DNA of 64,000 nucleotides from Acidobacteriota bacterium (GTDB lineage: Bacteria > Acidobacteriota > UBA6911 > RPQK01 > JADFOI01), in assembly GCA_963663035.1 (NCBI GenBank), contig OY760074.1, positions 1,120,001 to 1,184,000 on the forward strand. The letters are read 5' to 3'. Below, piece after piece: positions 26,229 to 36,005 of this stretch (its first letter is position 1; every line of letters starts with the position of its first letter). A program made the position numbers and the translations under genes. The notes under the pieces are model-generated. The model worked only from the letters and a program-made list of their open reading frames with translations, ran no database searches and was not told the origin of the DNA.

Positions 26229-28631
26229 ATGCAGAGAGACAAGCTGGATTTCCCCAGGAAGAAATGGATCGGACAGAGGGTCAAGCGCAAAGAGGATCCC
26301 CGCCTTCTGACCGGTAAGGGACAGTTCACGGATGATCTGGACATTCCCGGTGTGCTTTATGCCGGACTGTTGAGGAGTCCCTACGCGCACGCCCGGATCC
26401 GGAACATCGACCTGAGCAAGGTCCGGGAGAGGGAGGATGTGGTCTGTACCTTGACTGGGGATGAGGTCGCCCAGCTCACCCGCCCGGTTCCGAATAACCT
26501 GCGGCCTCCCTATAGCGAAATCGAGGATTATTGCATGGCCGTTGGGAAGTCCCGATACGCGGGCGAGGTGGTGGCGGCCGTGGTCACCGAGGACAAGTAT
26601 CTGGCTGAGGACGTCTTGTCTTTGGTCCAGGTCGACTATGAGCCCCTCGATCCCGTGGTGGATCCCATAAAAGCCATGGACTCGGCGTCCGCATTGGTCC
26701 ACGAGGGTGTTCCCTCCAATTTGGTTTGGGAGGGGAAATACGAATATGGCAATCTGGAGGAAGCCTTTGGTCAAGCGGATCTCGTAGTCAAGGAGAGCTT
26801 ATACTTTCACCGTTTCACTTCTGCGCCGCTGGAGAACACGGTGGTGATCGCTGACTACGATGAGAGGCGGGAAAGCTTAACAATCTGGAGCAATAGCCAG
26901 CGGCCCATGTTCAATCATCGCTTCGTCACCCATGCCTTGCGCTTTCCGGGAGAGAAGATCCGCTATATCACGCCGGATATTGGTGGCGGATTCGGAGTCA
27001 AAAATGACAGTTACCCCTACCTGATCCTTCTTGCCTTGCTGGCCATGCGGGCCGGGAGACCGGTGAAGTGGGTGGAGACTCGAACGGAGCATCTGGCGGC
27101 TAGCCTGCATGGGAATGAGGTGTTTTACGATGCCGAGCTGGCGGTGCGGAAAGACGGAACCGTCCTGGGACTGAAGGCAAAAGCGGTCCACGACGAAGGC
27201 GCCTACATGAGGAGGGAACCGATCGGGGCGATTAACTTCATTCGCCATGCCACGGTGGGGTACACCCTTGAAAACCTCAGTATGGATCTTTACTGCGTGG
27301 CCACCAACAAATGTCCAGTAGGGCCGAATAGGTCCTATGGAAAGATGCAGCAGTGCTTCCTGGTGGAACGACTCCTGGATATAGCGGCACGCCGGCTCAA
27401 GATCGATCCTGGAGAAATTCGGCTCAGGAACTTTGTCCAGCCCAATGAAATGCCTTATGAAACCCCGACGGGATGCATTCTGGACGGTGGGGATTATCCG
27501 GGGGCGTTAAAGAAGGCCCTGGAGATGATTGACTACCAGAAGGTTCGGGAGGAGCAGGCTAAGCTCCGCCAGTCGGGGAGGTATCTGGGCGTTGGAGTGG
27601 CTCTCGGCATGGATGCCTGTCCCGTCAATTCCAGTATCCAGAGAATGATGAATCCGCAGGCCAAAGCGTCCGGAGACAGCGAAGCGGCCTGGGTGAAGAT
27701 TACGCCCGACGGTGAGATTGTGGCTGCGGTGGGAACTTCTCCGCAAGGCCAGGGTCATGAAACGGTGGTCTCCCAGATTGTGGCCGATGTGCTGGGCGTG
27801 CATCCGGATGATGTGTACGCCGTAGAGGGTTTTGACTCAAGCGTGAATCCCTCCACTCCTCACTCAGGAACCTATGCCAGCCGTTTTGCCATTGTGGGGG
27901 CGGGAGCTGTGCTGGGTGCAGCCTGGAAAGTAAGAGAAAAGGTCCTGAAAATTGGAGCTCATCTGTTGGGTGGTGTGGATGGTGAGCAGCTGGATCTGGA
28001 GGATGGTCGCGTCTTCCTGAAGGATGCAAAGGATCAAAGCGTTACCCTGGAGGATGTGGCTCGAGTTGCCTGGGCGGATCTCGCCAACCTCCCGGAAGAC
28101 GTCGAGGCTGGTCTCTTTGCTCACTATGTCTATCGGCCCGACTTCAAGCTTCCCAAGGATGATCAGAGAGGGAATTTCTCATTTACCTACTCCTATGCTG
28201 TGACCGCTGCGGTAGTGGAGGTGGATGTGGAAACGGGAAGAATCAAGGTTCTCAAGCTGGCCTGTGTGGACGACGCCGGGCAGTGTTTAAATCCCCTCAT
28301 CGTGGAAGGGCAGATTCACGGAGCGATAGGACATCAGTTGGGAGCCGCCCTCTATGAACGTCTGCTGTACGACGAAAATGGACAGCTTCTCACCTCCTCC
28401 TTTAAGGACTATTGCGCTCCAACGGCTCTGGACTTCCCGAAATTTGAAGTGGATCTCCTGGAAACCCCCTCACTGGCCACACCGTGGGGTTCAAGGGGCG
28501 TTGGAGAAGGTGGTGGTTCGCCCTTGATCGTGGTCAGCAGCGCAGTCTCTGATGCGCTGGAGCCTTTTAAGGTTGAAATCAAGAGCTCCCACCTCTCGCC
28601 CGAGGATGTCTTGAGTCAGCTGATGGACTAA
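26229..28631 (+). CDS. Xanthine-dehydrogenase-family molybdopterin-binding large subunit (CoxL-like, not CO dehydrogenase)
   Basis: RKEDPRLLTGKG, GGGFG.K, QGQGHET, EGQIHG and RGVGE motifs; the active-site loop reads GPNRSYG. Confidence 0.92.
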   Translation: MQRDKLDFPRKKWIGQRVKRKEDPRLLTGKGQFTDDLDIPGVLYAGLLRSPYAHARIRNIDLSKVREREDVVCTLTGDEVAQLTRPVPNNLRPPYSEIEDYCMAVGKSRYAGEVVAAVVTEDKYLAEDVLSLVQVDYEPLDPVVDPIKAMDSASALVHEGVPSNLVWEGKYEYGNLEEAFGQADLVVKESLYFHRFTSAPLENTVVIADYDERRESLTIWSNSQRPMFNHRFVTHALRFPGEKIRYITPDIGGGFGVKNDSYPYLILLALLAMRAGRPVKWVETRTEHLAASLHGNEVFYDAELAVRKDGTVLGLKAKAVHDEGAYMRREPIGAINFIRHATVGYTLENLSMDLYCVATNKCPVGPNRSYGKMQQCFLVERLLDIAARRLKIDPGEIRLRNFVQPNEMPYETPTGCILDGGDYPGALKKALEMIDYQKVREEQAKLRQSGRYLGVGVALGMDACPVNSSIQRMMNPQAKASGDSEAAWVKITPDGEIVAAVGTSPQGQGHETVVSQIVADVLGVHPDDVYAVEGFDSSVNPSTPHSGTYASRFAIVGAGAVLGAAWKVREKVLKIGAHLLGGVDGEQLDLEDGRVFLKDAKDQSVTLEDVARVAWADLANLPEDVEAGLFAHYVYRPDFKLPKDDQRGNFSFTYSYAVTAAVVEVDVETGRIKVLKLACVDDAGQCLNPLIVEGQIHGAIGHQLGAALYERLLYDENGQLLTSSFKDYCAPTALDFPKFEVDLLETPSLATPWGSRGVGEGGGSPLIVVSSAVSDALEPFKVEIKSSHLSPEDVLSQLMD

Positions 28632-28632
28632 G

Positions 28633-28783
28633 TAGCCCGCATTATGCATAAATTTTCTGCTACAGTGTCGCAATCATCCGCGCTGACGGTGTTGTGCGAC
28701 CCGCAAGCGGGTACCCCTCACACGCCTTGTCATCGCGGCGCTTGCGCCACTTCGCTACGAAAACCTATGCATAATGCGGGCTA
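28633..28783 (+). mobile_element. MITE family A copy 4 (short, 151 bp)
   Basis: Perfect arms TAGCCCGCATTATGCATA / TATGCATAATGCGGGCTA. Only one CGACCCGCAAGCGGGTACCC unit remains, consistent with deletion between the internal direct repeats. Confidence 0.85.
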
Positions 28784-28788
28784 TTCTC

Positions 28789-30810
28789 TCAAGGAATCAA
28801 GCCAGCTTCTCTTTTTCCCGCTTCGGTAAAGGGCTTGCCTGAATCCTCCACATCCTTATCTTCAAAGTTATACTGGTATCCGACCTCATCCACACCCCAG
28901 TCACTGGCCAGCGAGGAATTGAGTGCGATCGTTTTGCCACCCACTATGGTCATCAAAGGTCGAACTTTGAGAATCTCATCCACCGGAATCGTAAAGTAAT
29001 CCCGGTCGATCACCAGCAGATCTGCCCATTTACCAGTCTCCAACGAGCCCAGCTGATCCTGATGTTCGACATACTCGCCCGCCCATGCCGTGTACATCTT
29101 CAAGGCTTGCACCCGGTCAATTCGCTCCTCCGGCTGCCAGACTCTGCCATCGAACTTTCGCGTCGTCATCAGCCACATGAGGGCGAAGGGAGGTGTCACT
29201 GGCGCTCCTAAGCGGCCTAGCTCGCTCCCTCCAAAGGCTCCCGACCCGTAGTGCTGCCCTACCAGCCTGACTCCTGAGTCGATCCAGGTTTTGAAGGGGA
29301 GGAGAAAGTCCTCGATATTGGGAGTCTCTGCTCCATAGTCGTCTATCCAGTTGCGAAAACTCCGAAAGTAATCGGGTGCACAGCTGATGATGATTCCATA
29401 CCTTGTGAGCTTGTCGATGATATCGGGCTGCTTTCCAATCATATTACAGTGTTCCAGCGCAAAGTGCTGGTCGTGGATCTGCTGGACCGTCATGCCCGTA
29501 GCTTCCCTGGCCCGGTCCACCATCTGGATGAAACGTCTAAAGCTTTCGCTGCCGCAGGTGTGGACTCCCTTGATCCTCCAACCCGCTTTGATGGCATTTT
29601 CAAGGGTGTCCCAATGGAGATCGCCTGGCTGGGGACAGGTCTCTCGAGCCTTGATGTGAGGCGGGGCTTTTGTATCGGGTCCCGTGCAGGACTCCGGATA
29701 AACAGAGTCCCACCGTTCCGAAGCCACTCCATCAATCCACATGTAGTCGCCTCCGAGGCCCTGAAGTACTCCCGTGCGCCGGTATAATTGTCGAGTCTCT
29801 TGGGGGTCAGTGGGCATCCGATGCACCTCGTAGTGGGCATTGAGGCGAATCGGCATCTGGCCCAGTTCGGCCAGTTTGGCGTATCCGGTCATAACTTTGG
29901 GGAAGGGAAGGCGGGTGCCCCAGGTAGTCACTCCCAGGGAGGCAAACTGCTCCGATCGCAGCTTGAGCATTTGAGCCAGGATGTTGGGATCGAGGTTCTC
30001 GAGAAAAAGCTCCCAGGTGATGACGGCCATCTCCTGGCTTCCCACCCAGCCCAGTTCAGCGATGTCCTCACCGATCACGTCCCCGTGCATGGTCTCCTGG
30101 ATGGAGGCGGAGTATCCGGGCAAAAATTCGTTGAGCACCTCCAGGGCCCGTGAATTGATGTTTCCCCTCAGGCCAGGGCGCATAAGGACCGGATTCTCGG
30201 GGGTCCACAGGTCAAGGGTTCGACGATTGGTGAGCCGTCGGGTCATGCCCCAGGTTGAAAGGTCACGGGGGGCATCGGGATGAGACCTCATATTCAGGAC
30301 GATCCAATCCCCTGGGTCGACGTTCTTGACGGCCTCCTGGAGGGCGTCTCGCATAATGCCCTGGGTTTTTTCCAGATCCCGATCCGCCTGAGCCTCAATG
30401 AAGGTGACTCCTTCGGGCGGATACTGGACGCCGAAGCGACTCGCAAAGTTCAGGGCTCCCCCATAGATATGTGCATGCGGTTCAATGATTCCGGGGATCA
30501 TGGTCCGGCCCTGCAGGTCAAAGACAGTGGTCAACCGCCCGGCCATGGCTTGAACTTCCTGGTTGGTCCCCAGCTTCATGATCTTGTCGCCCTTGACCGC
30601 GATGGCCTGGTAGATGCTCCCCACGTTGGCTGATTTGGACAGGTCATCCATGCTCACGATCTTCCCATTAATGAAGATGGAATCGGCGAACCCCATTTGT
30701 TCCACCTCAAGGGGCAGCTGACCGAAGGCACCAGAGACCTGGAAGAGAAGCAGCAGCACCAGAGCTGGCCAGGATTTGAGAGACTGACTCACCAATCGAT
30801 GGTTATTCAT
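28789..30810 (-). CDS. Secreted amidohydrolase-3 family protein, paralog 4
   Basis: Signal peptide; PGIIEPHAH; colinear with the other paralogs. Confidence 0.85.
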   Translation of the reverse strand: MNNHRLVSQSLKSWPALVLLLLFQVSGAFGQLPLEVEQMGFADSIFINGKIVSMDDLSKSANVGSIYQAIAVKGDKIMKLGTNQEVQAMAGRLTTVFDLQGRTMIPGIIEPHAHIYGGALNFASRFGVQYPPEGVTFIEAQADRDLEKTQGIMRDALQEAVKNVDPGDWIVLNMRSHPDAPRDLSTWGMTRRLTNRRTLDLWTPENPVLMRPGLRGNINSRALEVLNEFLPGYSASIQETMHGDVIGEDIAELGWVGSQEMAVITWELFLENLDPNILAQMLKLRSEQFASLGVTTWGTRLPFPKVMTGYAKLAELGQMPIRLNAHYEVHRMPTDPQETRQLYRRTGVLQGLGGDYMWIDGVASERWDSVYPESCTGPDTKAPPHIKARETCPQPGDLHWDTLENAIKAGWRIKGVHTCGSESFRRFIQMVDRAREATGMTVQQIHDQHFALEHCNMIGKQPDIIDKLTRYGIIISCAPDYFRSFRNWIDDYGAETPNIEDFLLPFKTWIDSGVRLVGQHYGSGAFGGSELGRLGAPVTPPFALMWLMTTRKFDGRVWQPEERIDRVQALKMYTAWAGEYVEHQDQLGSLETGKWADLLVIDRDYFTIPVDEILKVRPLMTIVGGKTIALNSSLASDWGVDEVGYQYNFEDKDVEDSGKPFTEAGKREAGLIP

Positions 30811-31146
30811 TGACCTAAACCTCCTTTAAATTCTTTGCACTGTGCGACTCACTGACAGGTAAAATTACCCTCCACCCAGTTGATGGTAATCCCCCCTTTT
30901 GAAAGGTTCAGAAATCGTGTTGTAGATGCTAGATAATAGGTACGGGTTAAGGAAGTTGTCAACAGGTTATCTTTGGATGTGCTTGGGCAACCCGTATACG
31001 ATTACCGAATGTTGAAGAAGACTGTCCCAGCCAGGGCTGAATCACAGATCTCTCATTGTTTTTTAAGAGAAGGCATGGCAAGCTTACGACAGAATCAGAG
31101 GGCATCGAGGGTGCTGGATGCATCCTCCTGAGTTGGAGAGGAAACC

Positions 31147-33387
31147 ATGAAGAATCTCATGACAATTGCTGCGGTGCTGGTTGGGATAGCCGCCCTCACC
31201 GCTTCCTCAGGGGCACAGACCGGCCTGGACCTGGTGGACGTCGACCTCATGTTCGTTGGGGCTCACCCTGACGACGATACATCGGTGATGGCCACCTTTG
31301 CCCGCTACCTGCTCGACCAGGGTTTCCGCGCCAGTGTCATCACCGCCACGGGCGGGGAAGGGGGAGGGAACGCCACCGGTCCGGAGTCGGGAATTGCTTT
31401 AGGGCTCATCCGCGCCGAGGAGGAACGGCGCGCTCTCGAGGTGGTGGGGGTGGGTGCGTCTCATTTTCTCTCCCTGCAGGATTTCTACTTCACCCTTTCC
31501 GCGGAAGAGACAGTCAGAAAATGGGGAGAATCCTACGTCTGTGACGTGGTGCGCTATGTCCGCCTCGAACGTCCGGAGGTCATCGTGACCTTGTGGCCGG
31601 GCCCGGGCACCCACGGACAGCATCAGATGGCGGCCCGCGCCGCAACCATCGCCTTTGATAAAGCGGCAGACCCGAATTTCTGCCCGGAGCTGATCACTGA
31701 AGAGCATCTCGAGCCTTTCCAGCCTCTCAAGCTCTATTACTCCGGACAGGCCAACTCGCCGACCACGGTTTCCATCGGCTCAGATGACTACTCTGCGGCG
31801 GCGAACATGCGCTATGCCGATTTGAAGGCATTGGCTTCCTCTAAATACCGTTCACAGGGCTTCGACCAGCGCGTGAGGATACCCGTTGAAGAAGCGCGAC
31901 CTGAGAGTTTCATGCTGGTTCGTTCCCTGGTTCCCCTCAGCGACCCGGAAATGCACCTTTTGGAGGGAGCGCTTCTACCCGCCGGGACGTCGCCCCCGGG
32001 AATCCGCTTCGAGATCGTCCCCGAGAGCTTCGAGGCCGGTATTGGCGTGGACGTGAACACTGAGGTGACACTGGTCAACAACACGGCCCAGCCCTTGGAG
32101 ATGCTCGAGATCTCTCTCGAGCCGGGGGAAGCCTGGAGCGTTGATGAGGATGGCCTCAATATCTTTGACATCCTGGAGCCGGGAGGGAAAGCTCAGGCGA
32201 CCTTTCAGGTGTGGGCTTCAGAGGGTGCCACCATTGATCGAAACACCCAGCTTTACGCGAGCTACAGGGCGCGGCAGCAAGGTCGTGTGGTTGCTGGCCG
32301 CAACTACATGTGGCTCAAAGCCGTGGCTCCCGTCCAGGTTCGTTTCCGCCCGACTTACGATGTTGCAGGCTATCGGGAGTTTGCTCGGGATACCCACACG
32401 GACTGGGTCATTGAGTCTTTGCCTACGCGACTTCCATTGACGATCGGTCGGTCCAATCCCGTGACCATTGACGTCATCAATCGCGGCCCGGAACCGGCTG
32501 TGGGCGAGGTGCAGTTGAGGCTCGATCCTTCCCAAAAGGGCATTCGCGTGCGGGGCGACCTGGGTTTCAATGTCGCCGCACGATCCAGCTCTTCGGTGAA
32601 TTTCGAGCTCGAGGTGACATCGGAGGTGCTTCCCCAAGGTCGACAATCGGCGCGCTTTCCGGTGGAGCTGGAGATCGCTTCCGGTGCCCATCGGAGCGTG
32701 GACGCGGCGCAAGTCTACGTGCTTCCCATGCTCCAGATTCCGAGAATAAGTCAAGCACCCAGTGTGGATGGCGATCTGTCGGATATGAGGGGCTTTGCTG
32801 GAGGAGCAATCACGCACAAAGATCTTTGGTGGAGGCAGGAGCCCACGGATGATTCTGATTCCAGCGCCTCCTTCCGCATCGCCTACGATGGGGAGAACAT
32901 TTACCTTGGAGTCGATGTGCGGGACGACGCCGTGGTCTGCAATATAGCCCCAGATGACGTTCGGGCCCAGCTTCGCTCGGATGCCGTTGGCGTCACCATC
33001 GATCCTTCCGGGAGGAGCCGTGATACCTCTACCGTTATTCAGGCGGCGGCTTTTCCATGCACAACGGAAAGTTTCCAAGCGCGGGGATTTCGAGATGCCG
33101 ATGCAAATCAGGGTGTGATGGAGAAAACCGCACCCGGGATGAAGGTGGCCTCACTCAAGACCGACACCGGCTACACGCTCGAGTTCTCGATTCCATGGCG
33201 GGTGATGCCCGCACAGCCCAGTCCAGGAGACGAGATTGGCATAAACATTGTCATCTATGACGGTGATCAGAAGGATGCGCGCGTGGGCGCCAATATCAGC
33301 GAAAGCGGGCTTGCCTGGGCGTCTTTTCAGTGGGGTGGCAAACAGGCCTTACCCTATCTCTGGCCGCGGGTCATCCTGGAAAAATAG
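31147..33387 (+). CDS. Secreted PIG-L/LmbE-family deacetylase with Ig-like (NEW3-like) domains and a C-terminal CBM9-like sugar-binding domain
   Basis: GAHPDDD, T.GEGG.N..G.E and HGQH motifs; C-terminal P.VDGDLSD, YD.ENIYLG..V.DD and YTLEFSIPW. Confidence 0.85.
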   Translation: MKNLMTIAAVLVGIAALTASSGAQTGLDLVDVDLMFVGAHPDDDTSVMATFARYLLDQGFRASVITATGGEGGGNATGPESGIALGLIRAEEERRALEVVGVGASHFLSLQDFYFTLSAEETVRKWGESYVCDVVRYVRLERPEVIVTLWPGPGTHGQHQMAARAATIAFDKAADPNFCPELITEEHLEPFQPLKLYYSGQANSPTTVSIGSDDYSAAANMRYADLKALASSKYRSQGFDQRVRIPVEEARPESFMLVRSLVPLSDPEMHLLEGALLPAGTSPPGIRFEIVPESFEAGIGVDVNTEVTLVNNTAQPLEMLEISLEPGEAWSVDEDGLNIFDILEPGGKAQATFQVWASEGATIDRNTQLYASYRARQQGRVVAGRNYMWLKAVAPVQVRFRPTYDVAGYREFARDTHTDWVIESLPTRLPLTIGRSNPVTIDVINRGPEPAVGEVQLRLDPSQKGIRVRGDLGFNVAARSSSSVNFELEVTSEVLPQGRQSARFPVELEIASGAHRSVDAAQVYVLPMLQIPRISQAPSVDGDLSDMRGFAGGAITHKDLWWRQEPTDDSDSSASFRIAYDGENIYLGVDVRDDAVVCNIAPDDVRAQLRSDAVGVTIDPSGRSRDTSTVIQAAAFPCTTESFQARGFRDADANQGVMEKTAPGMKVASLKTDTGYTLEFSIPWRVMPAQPSPGDEIGINIVIYDGDQKDARVGANISESGLAWASFQWGGKQALPYLWPRVILEK

Positions 33388-33393
33388 GCAGGG

Positions 33394-34281
33394 CTAATCA
33401 GTTGCCTTGTGGCTGGTGAGGAGGTCCTTCATCTCCTGGGAACTGGCTAGGCCAAGGGGCGTTTTCCCGTCTGCATCGTTCCCGCTCGACATGCCCTGAT
33501 AGACAGCCACACCCTGCTTGAGCTTGGCGTTGATACGAGCGCCTGCCTTGATGAGCCGCTCGGCGGCGGCCACCTTATCCTGGAGGACGGCATGATGAAG
33601 CGGAGTAGCGCCGTGTTTGTCCTTGGCATCAATCCTGAGGCGATACCGTAGCAGAACGCTGATGACCTCGGTCCTGCCGTACTGGGCGGCATGATGGAGC
33701 ATCGTTCGATCGTCACTCAACTGCCCGCGGGTTTTAGCACCCTTGGCCAGCAGCACTTCAACCACGTCGGGCTTGTTGTCCAGAATGGCCCAGTAAAGAG
33801 GCGCTTCCTCGTGAGCCTTTTTGTAGTTGACCTTGGCACCGTTTCTGATCAGGACTTCGGCCACCTCGGCGTTGTCGGCCAGATGCAGTGGGGTGAGCCC
33901 CTTGGGGTTCTCGGACATCACCTTGGCTTTGCCATCGATGAGGGCCTGGGCCACTTCTGCGTTGGCCGCCAAATGCAGTGGGGTCCGCCCGATGCCGTCC
34001 CCGGCTGACACGTCCGCCCCGGCTGCGATGAGAGCCCTGACCACCTCAGCCGTCGATGCCAGGTGGAGAGGGGTTTGCTTCCTGTAGAGGTCTTCCTGGG
34101 AGCGGGCGTTGGCGAGGGATGAATCATTGCCCAGCAGTTTCCTGATCCCTTCGGCATCGCCTTCCCTGGCGGCTTCGAATATATTGGAGGGTCCCACCAC
34201 GTCGCACCCGGCAAGAGGACTCAGAAGCAAGGCGAGCAGACCACAGCGCGCGATCCTCACCCACCCACGGATGATATTCAT
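33394..34281 (-). CDS. Ankyrin-repeat lipoprotein
   Basis: Lipobox LAGC; several TPLHLA...GA.V ankyrin repeats. Confidence 0.85.
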   Translation of the reverse strand: MNIIRGWVRIARCGLLALLLSPLAGCDVVGPSNIFEAAREGDAEGIRKLLGNDSSLANARSQEDLYRKQTPLHLASTAEVVRALIAAGADVSAGDGIGRTPLHLAANAEVAQALIDGKAKVMSENPKGLTPLHLADNAEVAEVLIRNGAKVNYKKAHEEAPLYWAILDNKPDVVEVLLAKGAKTRGQLSDDRTMLHHAAQYGRTEVISVLLRYRLRIDAKDKHGATPLHHAVLQDKVAAAERLIKAGARINAKLKQGVAVYQGMSSGNDADGKTPLGLASSQEMKDLLTSHKATD

Positions 34282-34382
34282 GCATGGCATGTACTGTTTG
34301 TACCCAATTTGGCTGGGCAAAAGTGTGACGCAACTCACCAAAGGGTACGAGTTCGGCACCTGAGGTGCCTCCCACGCATGGA

Positions 34383-34967
34383 TTAGAGCTGGGTGATCCC
34401 GGCAACGGCGGTAACCAGGAGAAGGGAAGAAACGGTAACGCCCCAGAAGACCCACAATTCTCGACGGTCCAGCTGGGAATCTCTGTCGTCGCCTACCGGA
34501 TCTTCCGGGAAAGGGTTCTCGGACTTGCGTGAAATGATCAGGCCAACTGAAAAGGCTATGACCACCAGGCCCACGGAACCCAGGACCTGTGGGTACATAG
34601 GCTCTTTCAGCAAGATGGTTATGACCGGTAAAACCAGCAGCAGTGAAGTGAAGGGACTCTTTCGACTTCCTCCTGTGTCGATCAAAAGATAGGTGAGGAA
34701 AAGAGTATTGGCAGCGACCAACAGAAAGAGCGCCAGGGAGAATCCGAGGGGAGTCATGAGTGCCGTCATTTCAAAACTGCCAAACTTCATCAGCTGGAAC
34801 ATGTCCTCAGTGAAGACCAGCAGTCCCAGGGACATCACGGAGAAAAGTGTCATGGGTCGGAGCAGATGATAGGTTGCCGGGAGCAGGTTGACAGAGACCC
34901 GTAAGATCACGAGAAAAAGGCCTTGCATGACGAAGGCGGCCAGAGTTAGGTGTTGTGTACCGTCCAC
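34383..34967 (-). CDS. Hypothetical integral membrane protein
   Basis: About six hydrophobic segments; RBS GGAG upstream; no recognised motif. Confidence 0.65.
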   Translation of the reverse strand: MDGTQHLTLAAFVMQGLFLVILRVSVNLLPATYHLLRPMTLFSVMSLGLLVFTEDMFQLMKFGSFEMTALMTPLGFSLALFLLVAANTLFLTYLLIDTGGSRKSPFTSLLLVLPVITILLKEPMYPQVLGSVGLVVIAFSVGLIISRKSENPFPEDPVGDDRDSQLDRRELWVFWGVTVSSLLLVTAVAGITQL

Positions 34968-35015
34968 TGTCTTATCTCCTGGTTTTTCACTGTAGCCAAC
35001 AATTCCGTCACTATC

Positions 35016-36005
35016 TCAACTCCTCTTGCTCAACTCCTCCTGGGTGGCGACCGGAAGAGCCAACCCTCCGCTCCCAGGTTTTCCCTCCTCCTGATTGAAG
35101 AAGCGGCGAACCGTCGGGTAGGCAAAATCGATGTCATCGCAGTGACCAAAGTCGCTTAAGATGTCCTCCCAAATGGTTTCCGCGGTGCCGCGACGCTTCC
35201 TGGGGTCACACAGATATCGAATGGTGAGAAGTACGCCTGAGTCGACCACACTGGTCCAGACTTTAGGGGTCAGTGTTGAGTAGATAATCATTGCCCTCTG
35301 GGCGGACTTGCGGACAGACTGCATGGCGGCTTCGCTCAAATCGGCAGAGTGGGTATCCACGATCTGCTGGAGGATCCTCTTGGCCTTCTCCCAGTCGCTT
35401 TCAAAAGTGATGAGTACCGGGATTTCATTCCAGATGTATTGAAACCCTTTGCTGTAATTGGCGATCACGTCGATGAGAATGCGGCTGTTGAGAATAAGGA
35501 TGACGCGACCGGTGCTCTGATCGGCATCAACCCAATTCCCGATCTCTATGAGCGTAAAGCGAAACAGCCTGATATCAATCACATCGCCTGCGTGCTCTCC
35601 GATCTGAATTCGATCCCCCACCTCAAATGGGCGCTGCCAAAGTAAGTAGAGCCAGCCGGCCACACTGCCAACGAGATCTTTTAGAGCGATGGCCAGACCT
35701 GCAGAAACCAGGCCCAGAAAGGTGCCGATATCCCGAAAGGCGGTGAACCAGATCCGGCCCAGAAGCAGCAGACCCAATACAACTGCCACATAGCTGCTGA
35801 CCTTGCGCGCGTGGTAGCGAAACCGCACGTCTTCGGTTCGCCGAGAGATGATCCACAGGGCAAGGCCCCGCAAGACCATCAGCAGGAACACAACGCCCAG
35901 GGACTGGGCGATCTTGCCCTGGGTGGTGGGGGCCAGGGCCAGAGCTGTTTGCAACCACTCACGAATTAGGGAAATGACGCGACTCCTCTCGCCCGGATAA
36001 TGCAT
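35016..36005 (-). CDS. Small-conductance mechanosensitive channel (MscS family); start uncertain
   Basis: GLAIALKDL, RPFEVGDRIQIG...GDVIDI and C-terminal IDFAYPT. Confidence 0.88.
   Translation of the reverse strand: MHYPGERSRVISLIREWLQTALALAPTTQGKIAQSLGVVFLLMVLRGLALWIISRRTEDVRFRYHARKVSSYVAVVLGLLLLGRIWFTAFRDIGTFLGLVSAGLAIALKDLVGSVAGWLYLLWQRPFEVGDRIQIGEHAGDVIDIRLFRFTLIEIGNWVDADQSTGRVILILNSRILIDVIANYSKGFQYIWNEIPVLITFESDWEKAKRILQQIVDTHSADLSEAAMQSVRKSAQRAMIIYSTLTPKVWTSVVDSGVLLTIRYLCDPRKRRGTAETIWEDILSDFGHCDDIDFAYPTVRRFFNQEEGKPGSGGLALPVATQEELSKRS

Noticed and set aside
24856-28631. Aerobic CO dehydrogenase (coxMSL)
   Set aside because: The AYxCSFR/AYRGAGR loop is absent and no coxDEFG accessory genes are present.
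6863-30810. Diversity-generating retroelement or invertible cassette system behind the paralog repeats
   Set aside because: No reverse transcriptase or recombinase in the window, and differences between paralogs are not adenine-specific.
30863-30889. Imperfect palindrome ATTACC...GGTAAT upstream of amidohydrolase 4
   Set aside because: A single imperfect instance with no convincing second copy in front of the other paralogs.
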